Shown here: one piece after another, positions 1 through 8,442 of the stretch | How positions within the stretch are numbered: the first letter of the stretch is position 1 | How the letters are laid out: every line of letters begins with the position of its first letter | DNA from: Octopus sinensis | Lineage: Eukaryota | Direction: 5' to 3' | Assembly (NCBI RefSeq): GCF_006345805.1 | Contig: NW_021826103.1 | Location: forward strand, 1-13,509 | DNA: 13,509 nucleotides | Made by a program: the position numbers and the translations under genes | Notes under the pieces: generated by a model | The model's input: the letters and a program-made list of their open reading frames with translations, nothing else | The model's database searches: none | What the model was told of the DNA's origin: nothing

Positions 1-382
1 ACCTGCCCATCTTCACTCTCACTACTATTTCATCCATTAGCACACTATTGCTGCTTTACTTCTCGACCCACCACTCCCCAAAACCAAGAACTTCCCCCCT
101 CTCAACCCAATTGCGATCTCCGTTTCATATATCCTTCAGCCCTTCAAGTAATGTATTTTATATCCATACCAACGTCGAACAATTCCTGTGCAAAATAAAA
201 CTGTTCATCCTATTTCTATAATAATCCACAATATCCCGCAGCTTCACCAGTATATCTAGCAACTAGCTTCTCTGACCTCGGCCACCGCCCATCACACTGG
301 ACATGTGAATCAAGTCCCTTCATCGCGCAGTGAATCGCGTCTACTTCCACGTACGTACCAAACAGCTTGGTATGCCAGATCG

Positions 383-1099
383 TCAGCGCATCACCCTTTC
401 AACCGGTTTGATGACAATATCGTCTCGCCATCGGAGGGACTGCTGTGCGGGGAGTTCAATCCGGGTGGCGAAATTTTTTTCCCACGAGAGTTCCGGGTCT
501 CAGTTATGAACTCATTTGCATAACAACCAATCAGAGCTCAACTATCAAACTAATTCATGAGCGCATAACAAGTGATGGGAGATAAGATAAGGTCATTTGG
601 GTAAGCAATGGCCATACTTCTTTTCTCTTTCAATAATTCTTGTTGTTCTTGTTCGTGTTTCAACCATGGCTGCCTCTGCGTAGTTATTCGTGTTGTTTGC
701 TTTGTAAAACACTAAAGGGAGAGGGTTGCTAGCACATCACCTTCTACCCACATTTTCCCATCCACATTTCTACCATATGTGGCCCTAACAAAATCCGATA
801 ATAGGCATAGATGCAAATCTATCTAATTACTTGTCTCCTTCTAAAATCAGGCATAATTTAGCCATCGGTCGACTTACAACAACGTTCTTCGTCTTTAGTT
901 TACTTGGTAGAGCGTGTTTGTTAACTTGACAACAAGGTCAAGGTGAGTTCTGATTGGCTGTATGCAAATGAGTTCATTGCTGGGGTCCGGAACTCTCGTG
1001 GGAAAAAATTTCGCTACCCAGACAGATCTCCCCGCACAGCAGTCCCTCCGATGTCGAGACGATATAGCTATCAAACCGGTTGAAAGGGCGATGCACTGA
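383..1099. mobile_element. Non-coding element with ~157-bp inverted arms (383-540 / 944-1099) around a ~400-bp spacer; MITE-like or inverted PLE terminus
   Basis: Seen: tcagcgcatcaccctttcaaccggtttgat...ctcatttgcataacaaccaatcagagctca is the reverse complement, with scattered mismatches, of tgagttctgattggctgtatgcaaatgag...atcaaaccggttgaaagggcgatgcactga. No target-site duplication found. The class is inferred. Confidence 0.75.
514..531 (+). promoter_or_regulatory. Octamer (ATTTGCAT) plus CCAAT box in left inverted arm
   Basis: Seen: ATTTGCAT 514-521, CCAAT 527-531. Mirrored intact at 953-969 (ATTGG...ATGCAAAT). Function is not shown. Confidence 0.3.
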
Positions 1100-1189
1100 A
1101 AGTTTGAGAGGCTGCTTGAAACATCACAGTAGCTCCTTAACCTCGTCTTTTTTTTTACCGTAATTTTACGCTAATTTCTCTCTCCACTC

Positions 1190-1271
1190 AAGAATACAAG
1201 GCACCACCAGGTCCTGGACTCGAAATAGCCATTTCACGACTGTTGCTGCAATATACTAACTATCAGGCCAC
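1190..1271 (-). mobile_element. Decayed tRNA-derived SINE head
   Basis: Minus strand reads gtggcctgatagttag (A-box-like)...atttcgagtcc (B-box-like), then ccttgtattcttgag. No full cloverleaf. Confidence 0.5.
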
Positions 1272-1275
1272 TATG

Positions 1276-1307
<32 letters not shown>

Positions 1308-1394
1308 TTTTGCAGACATATATACACATACTCGCACATACACACTCTCATACACACAACAACAACAAAACCAACAGAAACTGACCAACCACAC

Positions 1395-1480
1395 ATAAGT
1401 ACTGGGGTCGATTTTTTCGACACAAAACTCTTTGAAAACCGTGCTCCAGCATTGCTTCAATCAAATGACAGAAGCAAGAA
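1395..1480 (+). mobile_element. SINE family A, 3' tail fragment
   Basis: ataagtactggggtcgatttt...gtgctccagcattgcttcaatcaaatgacagaagcaag aligns with the tail of the full copy at 11538-11953 (reverse strand). Confidence 0.7.
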
Positions 1481-1488
1481 TATAGATA

Positions 1489-1489
1489 T

Positions 1490-1549
<60 letters not shown>

Positions 1550-1560
1550 AGTAATAGTAA

Positions 1561-1595
<35 letters not shown>

Positions 1596-1866
1596 ATAGT
1601 AATAGTAGTAGTAGTAGTAGTAGTAGCAGCAGCAGCATCAGTAGTAGTAGTAGGTAGCAGTAGTAGTAGTAGCAGTAGTAGTAGTCAGTAGAGTAGTAAG
1701 TTTGGTATAGTAGTAGTAGTTAGTAGTAGCAGCAGCAGTAGTCGTAGTAGCAGTAGTGGTATTATTATTAGTAGCAGTAGTAGAGGTAGTAGTAGTAGTG
1801 GTAGTAGTAGTAGTAGCAGCAGTATTATTATTATTATTATTATTATATTATTATTATTATTATTAT

Positions 1867-1907
<41 letters not shown>
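1489..1907. repeat. Compound trinucleotide microsatellite (TAG)n with (CAG), (TAA) and (TTA)n blocks
   Basis: Directly visible, ~420 bp. Confidence 0.97.
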
Positions 1908-2430
1908 ATCGGTAGGTAGGAAGGTTATTGGTGGTTTCTGGTTGCGTGTTGCAATGTCGGTGTTGCAACGTCAGTAGATCGTCGGAAGTTTGCGTGTAGG
2001 GCGTGTGCACGATTTCGCGTACGGTCAACCAGCGTCGACAGGATCGATTACTACAAAATCAGTGCGTAACAAAGAGAAAGCTATCGATGCAATTCACATG
2101 AGAAGAATGTAATGCATAATGATCCTTTGTTTGATCTGGGTTTGCCTTCGTCAACATCGTAAGGCCGGTGTTCATTGATACTTGTTTCCTTTTTAAATGA
2201 AGAACGCTCTGGATCTAATGACAAAAAAGAAATTTTTACAAATCTAAATGCATATCATTTGCATGCATGCATATATATATATATATATATATATATAAGC
2301 CAGCATGCATGCATGTATATAAATATATATATAAGCCAGCTTAGAGAAGAAGAAGAAACGAAACGAAACCAAACGAATCGAATTGAATCGACGCGAGGGC
2401 GCTTAGTCATACAATAGTGTAATAAATAAA

Positions 2431-2541
2431 ATATATGCATACATACAAACATATATGTACGTACCTACATCTACATGTATATATACATGCATATATAAAT
2501 ATATATACGTGTGTACAGGACACCACAAATATATATGTATG

Positions 2542-2572
<31 letters not shown>

Positions 2573-2651
2573 TGTGTGTGTGTGAGTATGTATGTGCGAA
2601 CGCACGTGTGTAGGGATGTGTGCACACACACACACACACATATATATAATA
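2431..2651. repeat. Mixed (TA)/(TACA)/(TG)/(CA) microsatellite
   Basis: Directly visible. Confidence 0.9.
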
Positions 2652-2672
2652 TGTGACAATTATTCGGTTGCC

Positions 2673-2733
2673 ATAAAAGGCTCCGAGTTTCGGATGTCGG
2701 GGCGGAAAACAGCTTCGGCATCTCGTCAGTTAT
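2673..2733 (-). ncRNA. Degenerate type-I hammerhead-like motif with long stem II
   Basis: Minus strand: AUAA-CUGACGA-GAUGCCGAAGC(UGUUUUCC)GCCCCGACAUC-C-GAAA-CUC(G)GAG-CC-UUUUAU. The CUGANGA and GAAA boxes are present and stem II closes GAUG/CAUC. The cleavage triplet reads GCC instead of GUC and stem I is weak. Confidence 0.5.
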
Positions 2734-2801
2734 CGAGGAAGTCATAAAATGCATTTAAAATGCATCTTTGATTGCCTCGATAACTGATGAGATGCCGGAG
2801 C
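2712..2801. repeat. 90-nt near-perfect hairpin / inverted repeat
   Basis: 2712-2738 pairs with 2775-2801 over 27 bp (two G-U pairs on the + strand). Pairing continues imperfectly to a minimal loop at ~2756-2758. Confidence 0.92.
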
Positions 2802-2947
2802 AATTGATTAGGTCACAGAAGTGTGACGAAATAATTCTGACCGAAATACAATCAATATGAAATAAAGTTGAAGCCAAAAACACCAAATATATAGTGCGTG
2901 CGTTTTCACTGCCTAAACTGGCAACATGACAATCACGAAATACAAAA

Positions 2948-3209
2948 ATATATATATATATATATATATATTATATAATATATATATATAATATATATAT
3001 ATATATATTATATATATATATATATATAATATATAAAATATATATATATATATATATAAAATATATATGTATATATATATATATATATAAATATATATGT
3101 ATATATATATATATCCATATATATATAAAATATGTATCTATATATAATGTATATATATCCATATATATGTATAATATACCCCACCACACAATATATGTAT
3201 ATATATACA
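2948..3209. repeat. (TA)n-rich microsatellite
   Basis: Directly visible. Confidence 0.95.
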
Positions 3210-4419
3210 CAGGGTGCGTAATATATTTGAGAACAGAATTATGTTTATAAAAAAACAGACATATAACTGATAATAACTTTATTTATCAAAAATGCAATGA
3301 AGATAAAAATAAACTTTCTTTTCTATAATGTTATTCAATAAAGCCATCTTCAGCTTCAACAACTATTTCTTTATGAGATCTAAATCATCTACATGCTCGA
3401 ATCAAGTGGTCCTGGTTCATTTTGGACATTACTCTGACTATGACGGCTTTCAGCCGTTCACATGTAATAGTCAATGGATTGAGATCTGGGGAATTAGGAA
3501 GCCAAATGTTAGGGATTATGTGATCATGAAAATTTTCGGCCATTCATTCCTGTGTTACTAGAGCTATGTGTGATAGTGCAGAGTCTTACTGAAACACATA
3601 TGGCCTTCGATTGGATACACTGTCTTTTCAGGGCTTAACAATTATTTCCAGGACCTCAGTGTAGGCGGCAGAGTTAACTCTAAAGCCTTGTGGAAAGAAG
3701 TAAGAAGGCATCACATGTCCTTCATTGCTGACACCCCCTAAAACCATGACAGTTGCAAGAAATTTTGTATGCATAACACTTGGAACTTCAGAAGAGTCTG
3801 CGCATAACCATCTGTCATTTCTTCTGTAAACTTTTTGATCTTTGTCAAAGTATTTCTGGTTTGAAAAAAACCAAATCAAATCTTCTGCTGGATTTTTCAA
3901 TTTTTTAAAATAGTCTTTTAGATCTGATGTAGTGATTTTCTTTCGCATTTTCTGATAAATTGACCTTTCCTCATCATATAAGACTTATATCTAATGTCTC
4001 CGTGGACAACATTTCTGACTGTTCCTTTTCACACATGGAGATCTTTTGCAATTGACCTCATGAACTTTCTGGAATTGTAATCAATGGTCTGTTGAAATTG
4101 CTGGATAAATTCAGGTGTTCTGATGACTTCAGAGCATTTAGAATGCTTTTAATGCTTTGATACTGGTGATACATTTCCATCTTCAGCCTCTCGCTCCTTA
4201 CAAACTTTGTAGACGAAAGATCTGGCAAGTTTTGAAAATCGAGATATTTCTAAATCGCTATGTTCAGACTTTATAACCACAATAACAACATTCCTCTTCA
4301 TTTCATGAATAAGTTAAGGGTCTACCATTATCATTTTCTGAAACAAAGATTATACAGAGTTAGCAAAAAAGTGCAGCAATGAGCCCAAAAGGTATGTCCT
4401 CAAATGACTTACGCACCTG
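3210..4419 (-). mobile_element. Decayed near-full-length Tc1/mariner-superfamily DNA transposon (DD37D / maT type)
   Basis: TIRs: cagggtgcgtaatatatttgagaaca (from 3210) and tgtcctcaaatgacttacgcacctg (to 4419). TA follows the right end and the element lies in (TA)n. A transposase pseudogene is inside. Confidence 0.9.
3331..4334 (-). pseudogene. DD37D transposase pseudogene (multiple stops, frameshifts, probable short internal deletion)
   Basis: Manual translation gives the N-terminal HTH region (HSDLEISRFSKLARSFVYKV...MRSIAKDLHV*KGTVRNVV), then WFFSNQKYF (decayed FSDEK), VMVLGGVS, YVFQ*DSALSH, WLPNSPDLNPL[D]YY and the C-terminus EAEDGFIE*. There are 37 residues between the 2nd and 3rd catalytic Asp once a 1-bp deletion in the third Asp codon is restored. 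Confidence 0.9.
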
Positions 4420-4477
<58 letters not shown>

Positions 4478-4482
4478 ATATA

Positions 4483-4968
4483 TAAATAATATAGTCAAAT
4501 AATAGATAATATATAAAATAATTTATATATATAAAGAAAAATTCAGTACCGGTTTTCATCAGTACAGTCTTTGAGACCTTTTAACTGTAACGATTAAATA
4601 TTAAATTTAGAAAAATTAAAAGAAAAGTTTTTTTAAAGAATATTTGTATAGTGTTCAAATTTAGTGGCATTTTCCTTGTTTCTGCTTTCTGTCTCTGTCT
4701 CTCTCTCTTGTTCACACTTGTGGGTTCGAGGTCGAATTCACAACGACCTCGAACCACAAGTGTGAACAAGAGAGACAGAGACAGGCAGAAACAAAGAAAG
4801 TGCCACTTGTATTTGAACACTATACAAATTTCCTTTAAAAACTTTTCTTTTAATTTTTTCTAATTTAATTATTTAATCGTTACAGTTAAAAGGTCTCAAA
4901 TGACTGAAACCGGTACTGAAATGTTCTTATAAAATTATTTTAGCATTTCTATTTTGACTTATTTTTTC
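4483..4968. mobile_element. ~490-bp fold-back palindrome (~225-250-bp arms, 9-nt loop 4735-4743) embedded in (TA)n
   Basis: Centre is cacttgtgggttcgaggtcg-aattcacaa-cgacctcgaaccacaagtg. Arms match outwards through ttcagtaccggttt/gaaaccggtactgaa to agtcaaa/tttgact. Confidence 0.9.
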
Positions 4969-5006
4969 ATATATATCAACTCGTGTGTTCCTTTTCATCC
5001 TTATAG

Positions 5007-5045
<39 letters not shown>

Positions 5046-5048
<3 letters not shown>

Positions 5049-5256
5049 ATAAAGAAGAAAAAACAAAAAAACAACAACGCGAGGACGTGGTACATGTAAA
5101 GTATTGGCAGACGCTCAAGGGAAGAGAGAAATTTGGTTTTACGTTTCGAGCAAAGCTCTTCTTCGGAAACAGGAGACAGAGGAAAGTCCAATAGAAAAGG
5201 AAGACGGAGGAAAAAAATCGCCAACGATTCACATGTGACGCGCTGTTGTCACTACT
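5046..5256 (-). mobile_element. Probable Penelope-like element 3' terminal fragment carrying a hammerhead motif
   Basis: Contains the 5136-5170 motif. Its downstream sequence (tttctc..cttccc..agcgt....aatac...cgtc.tcg..tt.g.ttttt) resembles 8355-8431. It is bounded by microsatellites. PLE identity is inferred from the known association of minimal hammerheads with PLE termini. Confidence 0.55.
5136..5170 (-). ncRNA. Minimal type-I hammerhead ribozyme-like motif
   Basis: Minus strand: GUUU-CCGAAGA-A-GAGC(UUU)GCUC-GAAA-CG-UA^AAAC. Stem I is GUUU/AAAC, stem II is 4 bp, stem III is the palindrome ACGU, and the triplet is GUA. Deviations are U4C and one extra A. Confidence 0.65.
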
Positions 5257-5497
5257 ATATACATACATACATACATACATACATACATACATACATACAT
5301 ACATACATACATGCATACATACATGCATACATACATGCATACTACATACATACAGATATATATTATATATATATTATATATATATATAGATATATTATAT
5401 ATATATTATATGTATATATGTATGTGTATGTAATTATGGTTTAGCATGTTGTATGTATGTATGTATGTAGTATGTATGTATGTATGTATGTATGTAT
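5257..5497. repeat. (TACA)n-(TA)n-(TATG)n compound microsatellite
   Basis: Directly visible. Confidence 0.93.
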
Positions 5498-5689
5498 TGA
5501 AGCCGACGATTTTAAACTAACGGAGATAATACTCGTACATCGCGTGAGGAAACACGACTAGATCTCATTATGCAAAGAACTGCATGATCAGATACATGTA
5601 TTCTTTGAGAACTAAGTTGCGTCGAAACAATTGTAGCGAATAATAAATATAATGTCCAAACGTACTCCATCTTGATTCCACTTTCTTCT

Positions 5690-5746
5690 CTATATATATA
5701 TATGTTATATATATAGATATATATATAAGATATATATATATATATA

Positions 5747-5778
<32 letters not shown>

Positions 5779-5898
5779 ATATATATAATATATATGTATA
5801 TATATATCTATATATAGATATAATATATATATATATATATATGTATATGTATATATATATATACCATACTCACACACACCCACATGTATGCACGTATG
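5690..5898. repeat. (TA)n-rich microsatellite
   Basis: Directly visible. Confidence 0.93.
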
Positions 5899-5985
5899 CA
5901 CAAGTGTAGCCAGAGTGTGTGCCGCCCCTTTAAAAGTGCCGCCCGGGGTGGACTGCCCCTACACCTATTCCCAGTTACGCTAGTG
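5899..5985. mobile_element. 87-bp hAT-like MITE remnant
   Basis: GC-rich island in AT repeats. Ends cacaagtgtagccag / ccagttacgctagtg match 10/15 as inverted repeats. Flanks cacgtatg (5891-5898) / catgtatg (5986-5993) form a 7/8 TSD, and 8-bp TSDs typify hAT. Caveat: the flanks are low complexity. Confidence 0.55.
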
Positions 5986-6295
5986 CATGTATGTATATAC
6001 AGAAAAGAGAGGGATCAAAAGAGAGGTGAATATTAGAATATAAAATGTTTCAAGCGACGAAACTTCCTCTATGTGACCAACTTAGTTTCAAATATATACG
6101 CCTTTGTATTTGTCATTTCCAACCTCACCCAAACGAAATCCACTGGGTAGGGCTCGAGGTTTTAAGGGTGACTGAAAAGAAAAAAAACCCACGAAATCTG
6201 GAGTTTTTTGCAGGCAAACACGTGTCAGACAGTTAACCTCATTTTTTTCACGAGAGCAAACAAGCCCTTTAGGATATTAGTGTGATAAAACTATA

Positions 6296-6606
6296 AACAC
6301 AGCACACATATAACACGCATGTATATATACTTATAAAGATACACGCACACGCATACATATTTATACACACATACATACATACATACATACATACCTACAT
6401 ACATACATACATACATACATACATACATACATACATGCATACGTACGTACATACACATATTATGTGTGTGTGAGTGAGTTTGTGTATACCACACATACAT
6501 ATATATGTATATGTATATATACATCTGTATGTATATGTATGTACACACACATACATACGTATATATATATGTACACACATACGTACATACACATACACAC
6601 ACATAC

Positions 6607-6649
<43 letters not shown>

Positions 6650-6731
6650 GTACACACATACATATACAAAAACATATATATCGTACACATACAACACATA
6701 TGTACGTGCATAGACATATAGATACATCCTC

Positions 6732-6762
<31 letters not shown>

Positions 6763-6809
6763 TATAGTATATATATATATATTATTTATTTATATACATA
6801 AATATATAC
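6296..6809. repeat. Long compound (TACA)/(TA)/(CA) microsatellite
   Basis: Directly visible. Confidence 0.92.
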
Positions 6810-6900
6810 GATTAAAGAAAAGTGGCTGCAATAGTTTACACACTATATAATATATCTCACTTATTTTATTCAACTATTTATTCATTTTGAAACAAAATTC

Positions 6901-7036
6901 TATAGATATACATGCGTGTATACATACATACATACATACATATATACATACATACACACACATACATACGCGCACACGCACACACATATGATATATATAT
7001 ATTTGCAGCAGGAACCAAGTCCATACACATATTCTG

Positions 7037-7083
<47 letters not shown>

Positions 7084-7100
7084 ATCTCTCTCTCTCTCCC
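6901..7100. repeat. (TACA)n, (CA)n and (CT)n microsatellites
   Basis: Directly visible. Confidence 0.88.
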
Positions 7101-7373
7101 TCGCACGCGCATGTACATATAAATAACTACATCAGAAGCATACGCGTTTTTATAAACACATCTGAGCGTTTTCCGGAAAATATTTTTTCCACTTCTTTTC
7201 ATGTCAAATGATGATTTTTAGCTTTGGGTTTTTTATGGTAGAATATTCGTAGAATATCTTTTTGTCTTTTTCAGTTCGTGTGGTTGTTTTTTTTTTTGGT
7301 TTTGTCGTTGTTTAGCCGAAAGATAGTCGTGTTTGAGAAGACCTACTATCATGTACATTCCAGCCGTGACCAT

Positions 7374-7499
7374 CATTTTGAAGCTGATCGACAGAGGAAA
7401 GATGAAGAGATGTGACAAGAAAGAAAATGGAGGCTGCAACAACCAAAGACTGTGAACTTTGCAAGAATTGGCCTCATTAGTCACCGGAAGCATAAATAG
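7374..7499 (+). pseudogene. Probable C-terminal fragment of an RTE-clade LINE ORF
   Basis: Translates to HFEADRQRKDEEM*QERKWRLQQPKTVNFARIGLISHRKHK*. A basic helix followed by RIGLxSHxxxH resembles the C-terminus of RTE-clade ORFs as I recall it. The CxxC half is missing in frame, though tgt gaa ctt tgc (CELC) lies in another frame just upstream. Confidence 0.45.
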
Positions 7500-7731
7500 G
7501 GACGAGCTGGCAGAACCGTCAGCACGCCGGGCGAAATGCGTAGCCGTATTTCGTCTGCCGTTACGTTCTGAGTTCAAATTCCGCCGAGGTCGACTTTGCC
7601 TTTCATCCTTTCGGGGTCGATAAATAGAGTACCAGTATCGCACTGGGTTTGATATAATCGACTTAATCCCTTTGTCTGTCCTTGTTTGTCCCCTCTGTGT
7701 TTAGCCCCTTGTGGGTAGTAAAGAAATAAGA
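7499..7731 (+). mobile_element. SINE family B, near full length
   Basis: Head gagctggcagaa...gagttcaaattcc (Pol III box-like), central gtcgactttgcctttcatcctttcggggtcgataaa and an A-rich end. Highly similar to 12505-12731. Confidence 0.9.
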
Positions 7732-7868
7732 ATCTTTAATTGGCACCAGCAATAAGAACAAACAATAAAGAACGTTTGTTGAAGAATCCTTGATTCGAAA
7801 GCACTTGGGACAGAAAATTTAACACCAGGCAACAAAGCTCTCAACAGATCACCCGTCACATGTAGGTT

Positions 7869-7872
<4 letters not shown>

Positions 7873-7912
<40 letters not shown>

Positions 7913-7963
7913 TATCTATCTATCCATCTATCTATCTGCGTATCTATTTACCTTTCTATCTAT
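7873..7963. repeat. (CT)n then (TCTA)n microsatellite
   Basis: Directly visible. Confidence 0.92.
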
Positions 7964-8271
7964 CAACCTACCATTCTCTCTGTCTACTTATTTATCTACC
8001 TATCGACACTTATGTCCACTTCCATAGCCATAAATCTTCTGAATATCTTTAATCTTTTACATCCTTGAACTTTTAAAGCTTTTATATTCCTAAATCTATC
8101 GCGAAAATTAAACCACTACATACTTCATTTTATCTTATATATTTATTTATTTTAATTTAATTTGTTTCACCTCCTCCTTCTTTACTTTCCCAACCTCTCC
8201 TCCTAACACCGATATCCTGTTATTTGTTATCTTGCTATGCATACATACATATACACATACATACATGCGTA

Positions 8272-8442
8272 GCCACTAACCCTTTTTCTCTTTTCTCTCC
8301 CTGTTTATTTCTGTGTTCCTTTCTGCTGAAGAGCATAGGCTCGAAACGTAAAAAACTTTCTCACCTTCCCAAGCGTTAAACTAATACATCTGTTTGTTGT
8401 CTACACACCCGTCTTCGTCTTTTGCTTTTTTGAAAATTCTCA

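Noticed and set aside
305-523. 72-aa ORF
   Set aside because: It has a GTG start, no recognisable motif, and lies across an inverted-repeat arm.
2667-2925. gttgcca...tggcaac as hAT TIRs around the hairpin
   Set aside because: The match is only 11/15, there is no TSD, and it is not symmetric about the hairpin.
1263-3210. ORFs rich in poly-L/T/I and YI/CV/HT dipeptides
   Set aside because: They are translations of (TAG)n, (TA)n and (TG)n/(CA)n microsatellites.
3328-3561. 77-aa plus-strand ORF
   Set aside because: It is the antisense shadow of the transposase pseudogene.
4120-4135. CTGATGA as a hammerhead core
   Set aside because: It lies inside the transposase on the antisense strand, with no stem II or GAAA partner.
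4581-4863. Two similar ORFs on opposite strands with signal-peptide-like starts
   Set aside because: They are a by-product of the palindrome and its CT-rich tract.
6171-6205. ctgaaaa...cgaaatctggag as a hammerhead
   Set aside because: G8 is absent and there is no stem II pairing.
7233-7643. 136-aa ORF resembling ORF 12456-12650
   Set aside because: The similarity comes from antisense translation of two SINE B copies.
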